Below are positions 39,166 through 51,730 of a DNA stretch of 64,000 bases, in pieces. The stretch's first letter is position 1. The number at the start of each line of letters is the position of its first letter. A model generated the notes under the pieces. It had not been told where the DNA came from. It searched no databases and saw only the letters and a list, made by a program, of their open reading frames with translations. A program made the position numbers and the translations under genes. The stretch covers positions 7,981,113-8,045,112 of the forward strand of contig NC_081392.1 of NCBI RefSeq assembly GCF_030684315.1, in the 5' to 3' direction. The DNA comes from Stegostoma tigrinum. Lineage: Eukaryota.

Positions 39166-40809
39166 AGACTACAAAATTCAGATGTGATCAGGTGAGAAAC
39201 TGTCAGTTCCTTAGTAAATCCATACATCAAATCATCTATCAACATTTGGAGACTCACATGCAGTTGGACAAGACGTGGATTAAAGTCTTTGAAAGATTGA
39301 GGGCGCAGGAGGAAATGAGAAAGAAAGATACTAAAACACTACAGGAAAAGAAGACCCGAATTCTGGTAATGTTCTGGCCAACAAAGCATCATCACCCGCT
39401 GCTTCTACTGATAAGTAGGCAAAAAATTGAACATGAGGCACTTTTTAAGTCAAACTGAAACCATGATGAGTCTAGACTTTTCTTTAAGCTACAAGGAACT
39501 GAAATGTAACAGCTGCTATAAAAAACAGCCCTGGATTATGAGTACTCTCCCCTCTCATCAAAAATTATGACAGAACCAGCAACGGTCATGTTAGCTATAC
39601 CTGATAACAAATACACTGTAGGCCTTGCAGCAACAGAAATCTCTGAATGAGGAATCGGCATAAACTAAGGAAGGATTGGAGTAGCCTTGTAATGAAAGTG
39701 AACTCAGGTGATGGGGAAAAGAATGTTAAATTCAAAACTCCCCATCTTCATGTATACTGATAGATCCCATCAGTAAATTCTATGTCAATTCCTTAATGGC
39801 ATTCTCAGTTTCTTTACATAAAACCTCATAGTCACCTGCACCATCAATAAATTCCAGCTACAGTGGCTCCACATCCAAACGCAACATGCCCTCTGCTTCT
39901 GATACTGCTGGAAATGAGTGTGCTTGGTCACTATTAATTACCAATCACCCCTCTGAAATGGGAAACACATTTCCTCCTTTTGGGATCTGCTAATTCAGCA
40001 GAGAAAGGCAGAAATGTAGCCACATCATCCATGATTTCAGATGTGTACTGTCCCATTTGGAGATGAACTGGCATAGTTTCGCATCTGCTGCAAAAAGGAA
40101 CTAAACCTGCACAATCTACAAAGTTACAGAATACGAGTAAACTGCAACTGCTTGTTTGACACAGCCAGACCCCTCAAGACACCTCTGTGCAGGTTGCTGA
40201 AACTAGTGGAAATATCCAGTCACAGTGAAAAGCTTAATCATAAGGATTCATCAGTCAGCAGGTCACTGTTAGATAGGAGAGTAAGCTAGCTAGTGTAAAA
40301 AAAAATTACAAGCTTTTTTCAGATCCATAAAATGTGAGAAGCAGGAGTGGACATTGTTCCTCCAGCTCCGCCCTGTGGGTTGTCAGAACAGGCCTGGAAG
40401 AGGAGGAAAGTTAACTTTGAGTCAGGACCATTCTTCAGAAAGGAGACTGGACATTGGACTGCTAGAAAATAAGGGTAGAGAAGTATTAATGGGAAACGAA
40501 GATGATGAAAGAACTGAATAGGTACTTTGTGTCAGTTTTCAAAATAGAAGACACCGGTAGCATACAGAACTTCAAGAGAGTCAGGGAACATAAGTGTGTG
40601 TAGTGACCATCACTACGACAAAAGGTGCTGGGGCAGGTGAAAGTTCTGAAGATAGATCAACTACCCAGAGTTCTGACAGAATCTGATTCAGGAAGGGTCC
40701 CAGAGGACTGGAATATGGAAAATATAACTCCAAGGAGGCAGAAGACAGGAAACTATAGGCCGGTTAACCTGACCTTAGTCATTGATATTATTTTAGAGTC
40801 CATTATTAA

Positions 40810-42352
40810 TTGATAGATTTATTGTTACATGTACAACAATACAGTGAAAAGCTTTGTTTATGAGCAGTACAGGCAGACCATATCAAGCAATGAAATACAG
40901 ATCAAAAAATTGTAAAAAAAAACACTAATACAGAGGCAGAGATAGTAGGAACTGCTGGTGCTGGAGAATCTGAGATAACACGGTGTGAAGCTGGATGAAC
41001 ACAGCAGGCCAAGCAGCATCACAGGAGCAGCAAAGTTGACGTTTCGGGTTGAGACCCTTCTTCTGAGTATCTTGACCTGAAACGACAACTTTGCTGCTCC
41101 TCTGAAGCTGCTAGGCCTGCTGTGTTCATCCAGCTTCACACTGTTTATACAGAGGCATAAAGGTTACATTGCATAGGGCGAGCACTAAGCGAGAACAACG
41201 TTAGCAAATCAGCATTTTTGAGGCTACAGAGTCTGTTTGTCAGTCTAATAACAGCCAGGAAGAAACTGTTCCTGAACCTGCTTGTGCATGGGTTCGAGCT
41301 TCTGTATCTTCTGCCTGATGGAAGAGGTTGTAGGAGATCATTACGAGAGTGCGATGGGTTTTGCAGCCTTTCTGTGACAGTGAGCCATGAAAAAGGATTC
41401 CATGGAAGGCAGGCTGGCTTCCGTGATGGTCTGGACTGTGCACACCATCTTCTGTAGTTTCTTATGATCCTGGGCAGGGTAATTACCATTCCAGGCTGTC
41501 ATGCACGCAGACAGGATGCTTTCAATGATGCATCTGTAGAACTTGGCGAGGGTCCCTATGGGCATGCCAAATTTCCTGAGTCACCTGAGGAGGGGCCATT
41601 GTTGTGCCTTCTTGACTGTCGCATCTACATCCCAAGCCCAAGTCAGGTTGTCAGTTATCGTCACTCTGAGGAACTTGATGCTCTCCGCTTTCTCAACTTC
41701 AGTTCCATTGGTACAGATGGGGGCGTGTTCTCTTCCTTTCTTTCTGAAGTCAATGATCAGTTCTTTAGTTTTACTGATGTTGAGAGACAGATTGCTTTCA
41801 TTACATCATATCACCAAGCCCTCCATCTCCATTATGTATTTTGACTCATCATTGTTAGATATCAGTCCTACTACGATGATGCTGTCAGCAAACTTGTAGA
41901 TGGCATTCGTTCAGAATTTGGCAACACCGTCGTGGTTGTACAAGGAGTACAGGAGGGGGCTGCGGACACATCCTTGGGGGAACTCCAGCGTTGAGCATCA
42001 TTGATTGGGGTCTGTGGGTCAGAAAGCTGAGGATTCGGTTGCAGAGGGGATAATGGTGTTGAAGACAGAGCTGTAGTCACTGAGCTCATCTGACATTGGT
42101 GTCTCTGTTGTCTAGATGTTCCAGGCACAAGTGCAGGGCTAGGGATATGGCATCCACTGTGGATCAGTTACATCAATAGGCAAATTGTAGGGGATAGAGT
42201 CAGGCTAGGAGATTGGCGTTGATGTGGGCCATGACTAAACTCTCAAAGCACTTCACGATTATGGAGGTCAGAGCCCCTGGACAGTCGTTATTAAGGCACA
42301 TTGCATGTGCTTTCTGAGGCACCAGGATGCCTGTGGTCTTCTTGAAGCTGGT
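40810..42352 (-). mobile_element. Rex1/Babar-like LINE 3' portion inserted in CR1
   Basis: Minus strand encodes PQGCV.SPLLYSLY..D...KFAD, IESILSACMTAW.GN, LPSGRRYRS...SRFRNSFF; ends AATAAA-tctatcaa. Confidence 0.8.
40939..41146. mobile_element. Penelope pLTR hairpin inserted in the Rex1 3' UTR, 11-bp TSD
   Basis: atacagaggca at 40928-40938 and 41147-41157; long inverted arms around GGGTCTCAACCC-GAAACGTC. Confidence 0.85.
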
Positions 42353-44825
42353 ATAAGGATGAGATTAAAGAATATTTGGAAGTGCACTGTAAAATAGGGT
42401 GGAGTCAGCACAGCTTTGTCACGGGGAGGTCATGCCTGACAAATCTGATGGAATTCTTTGAATAGGTAACAAGCAAGTTAGACAAAGGAGAGCCAGTGGA
42501 CAAGACGTAATTGGATTTCTAAAAGGCCTTTGAAAAGGTGCCACATAGGCTGATAAATAACACAAGAGCCTTGAGTTATTTAAGGGCAAGGTTACTGGTA
42601 TGGATAAAGGAGTGACCGACTGGCAGAAGACAAGGAGGTATAAAGTGGACATTTTCAGGATGGCAGCTAGTGACTAGTGGAGTCCACAGAAGTCCAAGCT
42701 GGGATCACACCTATTCACATTATACATTAACGATCTGGACAAAGGAACATGCTGCTAGGTTTGCGGATGACACAAAGACAGGTGGAGGAGCAAGAAGCGC
42801 TCAGAAAATGGGGTGGCTGAAGAAGGATTTAGACAGGCTAGGAGAGTGGGCAAAGGAGTGGCATATGGAATAGAATGTGGGAAAGTATGAGGGTATGCAT
42901 TTTGGTGGAAGAATAGAGACACAGTCTATTTCTTTTACCCTGCTTGTGATGGTCTTACATTTGTTTGGGGTTTGCCCTCTGGAAAATGCACCCTATACAT
43001 TTCTGCCTTAGACATACGTCTTTGCCACTGCGTTTTCATTTGAAGTTTGCCATGCCTCAACTAGGTCTGTTAATGTATTGCACAGCAACATAATGAGGAG
43101 GAAAGCCTTTTGGCCGGAGTGACATGCTCAATACCTAACTAGTTTGTGTGGAAAATTTCTTTTGATGCAAAAGATATCACATCCAGAACCTAAGAGCTAG
43201 AAAGTATGTTATACATTACCAGCCTTAACAATCTGGACAAAGGAACTGAGGGCATTGTGGCTTAATTTGCAGACAACAGGTTGAGGAAGCCAGGAGGCTG
43301 CAGAAGGACCTAGACAGGCTGGGAAAGTGGGCAAATAAATGGCAGTTGGAATACAATGTGGAATAGTGTGAGGATTTGCATTTTGGTAGGAAGAATAGAA
43401 ATGTAATCTATTTGCTAAATGGAAAAAGAATTTGGAAATCTGAAGCACAAAGGGTCTTGGGAGTATTAGTTCATGATTCTCTTAAGGTTAACATGCAGTT
43501 TCAGTTGGTAGTCAGGAAGGCAAATGCAATGTTAGCATTTATTTCAAGAGGACTAAAATACATCTGCAGAAAAGTACTACAGAGGCTGTATAAGGCTCTG
43601 GTCAAACTGCATTTGGAATATTGTAAGCAGTTTTGGGCCATGAATATTCCCAGGGACAAACAGCTTGTCATATGAGGAGCTGTTCAGGGTTTGTACTCCA
43701 CAAGAGTTTAGAAAGTTGAGGGGGAATCTCATTAAAACTTACAGAACACAGTGGCCTGTGTGGAGGTAGAGAAGATGTTTCTACTAGGCATTGAATGTAC
43801 TTATGACAGAGATAGATGGATTTTTGATAGGTTAGGGGATCAAGGGTTATTGGCAGAAGTTAGGAGAATGGGGTTGAGAAACATATCAGCTGTGATCAAA
43901 TGGCAGAGCAGATTTGAAAGGCCAAATGGCCAATTTCTGCCCCTATATCATATGGTTAGTGGCCCAGAGCATTCAAGATCAGACTCAGTCAATCACTGAA
44001 ACTACCATGGGTGGTCAATCCCTATAAATAAGGGTACAGGTTTTCAAATCCCATCATGATAGATCAAAGATCTGGAACTGACCATGTTAAAAAAAAATCT
44101 GGAAGTAAAATTTGTGGCAGTAAAGGGAGCTCATAAATTTATGTATTTTTGTAACATCCAACCTGGGTTGGTATTTCAGGGAAAGAAACCAGACATCTGG
44201 TCTATTCTCATGTAGCTTAAGACAATAAGAAGCCACAGTAATAGACATATGGCCTTTTGAGTCTGCTGCACCATTTGATGACCATGACTGATCTATGGCC
44301 TCAATACCACCTTTCCCAAACATATTTCTCAATTCTGAAATTGAAAAAAAAAACATCCACACAGTCCTAAATATATTCAATTCTGGTGCAGTTGGTTGTG
44401 GGCAAGTGTGTGGGTGAGGGTGCGGGAGGTAGAATTATATAGATTCAAAATCCCAAGTGAAGAAATTTCTCCTCACTCAGTCCTAAACGATTATCCTGAA
44501 ACTACAAATCCATATTTAAAAAAACCTCTGTGTCAAACCCTTTCAGAATCTTGTTTCAATGAGATCAAAAACTTCAGAAAATGTAGGCTAGTTTACTCAG
44601 CCTCTCATGGAACAACTTTGATGCGCCACGAACCAAACTAAAAATTTATATTACAAAATAACTAACAAAAGGATTGTCTTCAGAGAAGAAGCTAGACCTT
44701 TATCCTCTGTGGTTCATGAAGAATCAGAGGTGATGTAATTGAAATATTTAGGATCCCAAGGGGACGTGATTAGGTGAATGTGCAAAGAATGATTCCTCTT
44801 GTGGAGAATGAGGGAACTAGAGACA

Positions 44826-45152
44826 TAGAATCCTTAGATTGACTACATGTGGAAACAAGCCATTCAGCGCAACAAGTCCACATCAACCCTCAGAAGGGCA
44901 TCCCACCCAGACTCATCCCCTTACCTCATCTCTGTAGCCCTGCATTTCCCATGACTAATGCACTAACCTACACATCCCTGAACACTATGGGCAATTTAGC
45001 ATGGCCAATCCACCTATTTCTACATCCTTGGACTGTGGGAGCATGCAGATACAGAGGTATTGAACAAACTCCACACAGGCTGTTGAGGTTGGATTCAAGC
45101 CTGGTTGCTGGCACTGTGACACATCATTGCTAACCACTGAACTACTGTGCTG
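44826..45152 (-). mobile_element. HE1-type SINE
   Basis: gtggaaacaagcc...ggcaatttagcatggccaatccacc...gctaaccactgaac. Confidence 0.8.
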
Positions 45153-46434
45153 CCTTGCACTGACTTCTCCCAGAATGCTTCTCTGCAAAGTCTCTCAGCT
45201 GTTCTCTATTAGATGCTTATCACTAGGATGGTTCTTCTGCACTTCTCTGATCAGTCACGATGACAGCACCAACTTCTCCTAGAATGCTCCTCAATGAAGT
45301 CACTGCCAACTTTCGTTGGAACTAAGGAAGTTGCTCATTTAAGACAGAGACCCTCTCACAGAGGGTCAAGTGTCTTTGAAATTCCTTCCTCAAAATCTTT
45401 AAATTTTTTAAAGGCAAAGGTTAACAGTCTTGATTACCAAAAGGATGAAAGATTATTGGGTGCATGCAGGGATATGAACTCGAGATCAGATATGATCTAA
45501 CTAAATGACAGAACAGACTCAAAGGGCCTAGTGGTCTGCTCTTTTTCTTAATTTGTAGCAAACCTTCACTTTACTAACTGCCTTCAAACAGAGAATAACC
45601 TTCCTTATGTATGAAGGCAAATACAGCACACATTGTATTCCTGGTGACTTCAGATGTACACCAAGCAAGCAACTCTGAATGGTAAACTGTCCAAACAATG
45701 CCACATAGGCTGTAATAGTCAGGATGGTGGCACATTGCCACTTGCACCAGACAATACCAAGCTTGCCAGCTATGTCACATCTAGGGAATGGGAAATCAAA
45801 AACATTCTACAGCAAGCATAACATTTTGAAGATATACTAGCCACTCTAAATCATTTCTACCTATCATAACACAAGCTGTCTCCTCCAAACCCCACATAAT
45901 TATCTTCAGAGTCTTCCTAAGATCCATTCTTGTCACTTCCCCAGTCATTGCTTTTCTGCTGACTACAGACAGCAGTTGTATGAGGTGACCACAATCAAAT
46001 TTTATCCCGTGCAAATACTGGAAATGGAAGGGGTTAAATTGGTAAAGGATCTTCCATGACCACAAGGTATATGTTTAATGTGTAACCACTGCTTGTAATA
46101 TTAGCGCCGACTTATGCCACTGAGGTCCCACAACGAGATAAACTATTTTGGGCAATGCTGGCAGAGGGATAAATGTTGGTTAAGATGCATCTCGAGGAAA
46201 CCCACGCAGACAGGGGGAGAATGTGCAAACTCCACACAGACAGATTCCACCTGAAGGTGGAATTGAATCCAGGTCCCTAGCAACTTGGGATCAGCCATTA
46301 ATGTGACCTAGCCGACACTCCCATATAAATGGGAGAAAAATAGTTGTAGGAGGAGGTTTTTGTCAGTAGGAAGATGGGACTAGGGAGCCACTGACTGTGA
46401 TGCTGCAAATGTTGGTGATAAAACTACCACACTC

Positions 46435-46737
46435 TGGGCAGCACAGTTGCCCAGTGATTAGCACGGCTGCCTCACAGCACCAGGAACCCGGGCTCGATTC
46501 CGCCCTCAGGCAGAATCCGTCTGTGTGGAGTTTGCACATTCTCCCCATGTTTGTGTGGGTTTCCACCAGGGTGCTCTGATTTTCTCCCACAGTCCAAAGA
46601 TGAGCAGGTTACGTGGACTGGCCATGCTAAATTGCCCACAGTGTTCAGGAATGTGTAGATTAAAGTGGGTTATATAGGGATGCTCCGAGGGTCTTGCTGG
46701 GCTGAAGGGCCTGTTTCCACACTGTAGGAATTCTATA
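46435..46737 (+). mobile_element. HE1-type SINE
   Basis: gggcagcacagttgcccagtgattagcacggctgcctcacagc...gggcctgtttccacactgtagg. Confidence 0.88.
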
Positions 46738-47049
46738 AAATACAGCCAATTTCACTGGTGCTTCCTTATCAAAATAGCACCAAGGGGTCTTTCACATTTA
46801 TCTGAAAAGGATTGCTGCAAACAGTGCAACACACCCCTCACTACAGGAGAATAATCTCGTCACCTTTCATCAGTCAACATAACTGCAGACTCTAAAACAC
46901 GGTCCACCTTACACGTAGGCTCCTGAAAACGCTGCATTGACAAAATGTATGCATTAAAACGATCGAACATTCACAGTGCCATCATTATCTGAACAACCCC
47001 AGCTCAAACTGAATTTAAAAAGAAACCCTGACACCACTTCCCACTGAAG

Positions 47050-48332
47050 GCATGCCCACCTCTCCGAGGCACGGCTCGCGGTGCATTATGGAGCTTGTAG
47101 TTCGTCGGGTGTGAATGAACCCGGCGGTCCTACGGCGCGGCAATTATTAGCGGTTCGGAGCCAATCGGCACATCCAAACATCTCGCCTTGGATGGTCACC
47201 TTACAACTACCTCCGTAAAAGAAAAAGGCAGTCTTCACTTCTAAAGAAGAGGCAGCTCAGTGTCTTGAGGCGCATGCGCGTTTGTGCCACCGAGAACTTT
47301 CGCCGCTCCACCCCCTCGCCCCCCTACTTTCCACCCTGCAAAAGGTGGGATTGTTGGGGTAACAGGACTGCCCCCCACGCTCCCCGGGAATCCACCCTTT
47401 CCGGAGAGACACCTTCTATGAAGCCAGCTACTTCAGCGCATAATTCCTGACCTCGGCGATGAAAAACGGTCACTTCGAAGCCGCCGTGTAACGGGCGCCC
47501 TGAGCGGTACAGCAATCAAATTATATTAAAAAAACTCGCCGGGAGTGGGTCGCTACCTGCTGATTTACTCGGACGTGACTATTTGTTTAAATTATAATCC
47601 GATCATCACAGTAGTTGGACACGGTTTTCGCTCCTTATCGACTCCCGACCGCCATAACGTGCCCATTCCCCGCCGAGTTAATTCTTCATGTTTTTCTGGC
47701 CCGCCCTCCCCCACTCCCGCCCTCCCCCTCCTTCTCCTCCTCCTCCTCCCGGCCGCCGCACTCGGGGCAAATCAAGACACTGGCTCGAGGTACCAGCCCC
47801 GCGAAGCTGGTCCTATTTGCCGGGCGTTGAGAGGCGTAGACCTATCGGGAAACGGGGACTGCTCATCCTGCTCTTACGATTGGCAAATAGTGCCGCCCAT
47901 CATCTAGACGGCCGTGGGGTCCATTGATAGACAGCCCGCTCGCCCAATAGCCGTCGCGTCTACCTTGGCGGGGTGGACCGAAAAACTTGGTTTGAAAACC
48001 CCAGGAAATCAAACGTTTTGCGGGGCGAGGTGGGGGTTTAAAATGCCGAGTGCTCACTTTGGAGGGAATTGATGCTCGACCGTGTGTAATCCGCTGTCGA
48101 ATGTGAGTGACCGACGTTGAGAAGGCCATTTTTGAAACGTATTTTTAACCCTTGTTGCTACGCTACGGGAGAGGCCGGTTGTGATTGGCAGAGCGCCGGG
48201 AACAGTATCGGCCAATGGCGGTGGAGATGTTTGTATCACGTTTCAATGACGTGACGGGTGTGGAGTGTGCGGCGGGTGGAGGAGATACCCTTAGGGACTT
48301 GAGTGGGCGGGGCCGGCACTGTAGGCGGGGCG
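47050..48332. promoter_or_regulatory. Bidirectional CpG-island promoter: SERTAD-B first exon(s) (minus) and thioredoxin-like gene 1 (plus)
   Basis: Dense CpG; ZNF143-like site 47083-47102, NRF1 GCGCATGCGC 47270-47279, several CCAAT boxes, TTGGCGGG, TTTGAA; minus-strand donors CAG|GTAGCG (47557) and AAG|GTGACC (47200). Confidence 0.75.
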
Positions 48333-48701
48333 ATGGGCGAGGTCAAGACCATCAAGTGTGTGGTAGAGTATGAGGCAGCTTTGCGGGAGAGTGAGCAGCG
48401 CCTGGTCGTAATGCTCTTCGCCGCGCACTGGTGCGAGTTCTGCCAGATGATTCAGCTATACTTCGACGAGTTCGCCGAATCCTATCCGGAGGTTGCCTTC
48501 TACGAGGTGGACATCAACGTGGCCAAGGATGTGGTGCAGCGTTGCCGCATTGAGTGGTTCCCCACTTTCCAGTTCTACAAGACTGGTGTTAAGATCTTTC
48601 AGTTCAAGGGACCTAACCGCTGCCTCCTGGAGCAGATGATTCAAAAGCTGCAGGGAGATGCATCACAGTGTACGCCTAAATTAAAGCAGGCCGATACCTA
48701 A
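48333..48701 (+). CDS. Intronless thioredoxin-like protein 1, 122 aa, active site WCEFC
   Basis: gcgATGG start; LVVMLFAAHWCEFCQMI...FYEVD...FPTFQFYK.G.K...F.G.N aligns with the TXN fold; ~15-aa C-terminal extension; ATTAAA 48836-48841 and AATAAA 49312-49317 downstream. Confidence 0.85.
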   Translation: MGEVKTIKCVVEYEAALRESEQRLVVMLFAAHWCEFCQMIQLYFDEFAESYPEVAFYEVDINVAKDVVQRCRIEWFPTFQFYKTGVKIFQFKGPNRCLLEQMIQKLQGDASQCTPKLKQADT

Positions 48702-49399
48702 GGGTTATCTTGTCTGTGTTTTGCTTTTTCTCCTTTTAAGAGTAGTCTCAGAGATTTTAACGGCATAGAATATGAACCCCACAATTCATCTGTCTTTTCC
48801 AATCCCATTCTCTAGCACTTGGCCAGTAGTATTTAATTAAAACTCATCAATATTTGCTATCTGAGAGAAAAGTTACATTTTTCCAGCAAGTTTGACAGTG
48901 TCTAAAATAATAATTGGTACCAAGCAAACTTGAAGTTAAGACATAATCCCGGACATTCTATTCCAAAGTACAGAGCTGGATTTATCATTTACAAGTAGGC
49001 TTTGACAGTGGGTTTAATTTATGTGCTCAATGACATGAATAGAAATATTTTTCCACTTTGAATACTCAGCAATGATCGATCCCAGGTCAGGTTTAGCCCA
49101 GTTAAGGACCAATCAAAAGCTGCTTTATTGTTTGTATTTTAGATATTTTTAATCAAAGTGTTCGGACATACTGTTACACATGTTCAGAGCAGGTGGCATA
49201 TGAACCAGTGCCTTCTGGTTCGGAGGCAGGGTCGCTACCACTGAACCACATTGTATACTTTTGAAACGCGTGTATTTTTCGTTGTTAACATTAGCGCTTT
49301 TACAGTGTGGGAATAAAAAGCTCATTTTGTTCAAGCTGGCCCGAAGGAAACAGGCGCTCGTGTGACTCCAAGATTGATGTGAGAGAATAACCCTTTGAT

Positions 49400-51730
49400 T
49401 TCAGGGTCACCCGTACTGGGGAAATTGTAGTTGCATTGTTGGAATAGTCTTCAGCATAACTTACTGGGACCAGTGTGCTGGTGCGTCACAACTAGGCCAG
49501 TAGAGAGGACTTTAAATTAAATAGCGGGGGAGAAGGATCAAGTTAGGAAAGATTCTATAAGTCAAATGGAGAAGATAAGGCAAAAGAGCATGGCAGCAAT
49601 TAAGTAAATTGTATCAGAACATGATAGGAAGGGATAGTGTGCTAATCTAGGAGTGTTACAGTAGGAAGGACTAAAGAATAGAAAATAGTAAAAAGATAGA
49701 ACTAAAGCTTCAAAGCTGAATGCACATGGCATTTGTGACAAAACATGATTTTGCATCTCAAGTAGAAATAAGTAATCATTACAGAGACATGGTTACAAAA
49801 TTTCAAAAAACGGGGCATGCATACTCATAGTTTATGACATTTGGCAGGAAACTAGGTAAAGATGGAGCGAGCAATTGTTCTGTTAATAGTACCAACACTA
49901 TTCTTAATCAGGAGAGATGATCTTAGTTTTGGATGTTAGGGTGTAGACCTGGATAGAGATGAGAAATGGGAAAGGTAAAGAAGTCACTTGTATCAGTAGC
50001 TTATGGGTATCCTAACTGTGACCACACTTTTGGGCAGGGGTTACAGGATTAGATAATTGGTGCTTATGAGTAGGGTATGGTGAAAATTGTGGGTGATTTT
50101 TAACCTTCATCTAGATTGAATTAATGGCAAGGGTAGCCTGAATGGTGAGTTCATAGAGAGTTTCATGACAGTTTCTTAGAACAGCATGTTCTAGAGCTAA
50201 CCAGAGAACAGACAATGCTAGACCAGGTAATGTACAATGAGACAATATTCATTGATGACCTCAGACTAAAGGTATTCAGGGTGGCAAAGACCAAATTTCC
50301 CATTTGGTTTGAGGGAGGAAAGAGTGGACCCAAGACTGGTATTTTAAACTTAAGGACAAACTATAGGAGCAATTATGACAACAGAGCTGGCTAAAGTGAC
50401 TAGAAACTTAAGTTAAGGGATAGGTCAGAGATATTCGGTGGTAGGCTGCTTCAAATGCTATTTCAATATACTTGAAAATGTACTTTTAAATCAGAAAGAA
50501 TGATTGTAAAAGATAGATCTTTGGATAACTATGGAAGCTAAAGATAGCCTTAAATGGAAAGACCTCTGCAAAACTGAGTGGCAGGTCAGAAGATCAGACA
50601 TATATAAAGAACACTAAAAGACTATTCAGGAGGGAGAAATTAGAATTTGAGAGAAAGGTGGCTAGAAATATAACAACTGATTGTAAGAACACTCTAGGCA
50701 TTTAAAAAGCAACCTAAGTTAGCTGAGTGTTGGTCCTCTACAGAGTGAATTTGAGGAATTAATAATGAAAAATAGGGAAATTGTGCATGAATTGAACAGA
50801 TATTTTGTGTATTCACTATATATGATAATAAGATGCAAATAATATTGCAGAAATAATCAGGTAATTGTTTGTGAAAGGGAAGTCATGTTTGATAAATTTA
50901 ATGGAGTTCTTTGAGGAAGTAAAGTCAATATATATAAACAACAACCAGTAAATGCACTGTACTTAGATTTCTAGAAGGCATTTGACAAGGTGCCACATCA
51001 AAGGTTACTTTGCAATGTTTAAGATCATGGTGTAGGCAGTAACAATATTAGCATTGATAGAGGTGTTGCTCAGCTAATAGGAAACAATAGGAAACAATAA
51101 ATGGACATTTTTACGTTGTCAAAACGCAATGAACGTTGTAGCACAAGGACCAGTGTGGGACTTCAACTCTTTCATGGGATACTGGAATTTTTAGACAATA
51201 TTTTAGAGATTTGTATTGCTAAAGGATAGCTATTGTTAAATTGAAAGGATGCAGAAATAATTATGATGATATTGACAGAGTTGGAGGGTTTGAGCTATAG
51301 GGAGAGGCTTAATAGGCTAAGGCTATTTTCCCTGGAGTATCAAAGGTTGGGAGGGTGATGTTATAGAGGTTTATAAAATCATGAGGGACGTGGACAGGGT
51401 TAAAAGCTAAGATTTTTTTCCCAGGGTGGGGGAGTCCAAAACTAGAGGGAATATGTTTAAGATGAGAGGCAACTATATAAAGGGACCAAAAGGGCAACCT
51501 TTCCAGTCAGAGGGTGGTGCATGTATGAAATGAGTTGCCAGAGGAAGTGGTGGAGGCTGGTACAATTACAACATTTGAAAGGCATCTGGATGGGTGCATG
51601 AATAGGAAGGGCTTAGAGAGAGATGGGCCACATGGTGGCAAATGAGACTAGATTAATTTAGGATATGTGGTTTGCATGGACAAGTTGGACCAAAGGGTCT
51701 GTTTCCTTTCAGTATTCCTCTCTGACTCTA
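49400..51730 (+). mobile_element. Long degraded CR1 (endonuclease, RT fragments, 3' end)
   Basis: ctgaatgcacatggcatt, ggtgattttaaccttcat, ttagatttctagaaggcatttgacaaggtgccacat (LDF.KAFDKVPH), young 3' end 51280-51730. Confidence 0.8.

Larger units (their letters stand above)
40300..43975 (+). mobile_element. Degraded CR1 ORF2, host of nested insertions
   Basis: GRVPEDW...GNYRPVNLT...ILESII at 40690-40809 resumes as (K)DEI at 42354; FADDTK at ~42760; 3' end ~43950. Confidence 0.8.

Noticed and set aside
48303-48332. GTG-initiated 10-aa extension of thioredoxin-like 1
   Set aside because: Overlaps GC boxes; ATG 48333 has strong context and matches the TXN N-terminus.
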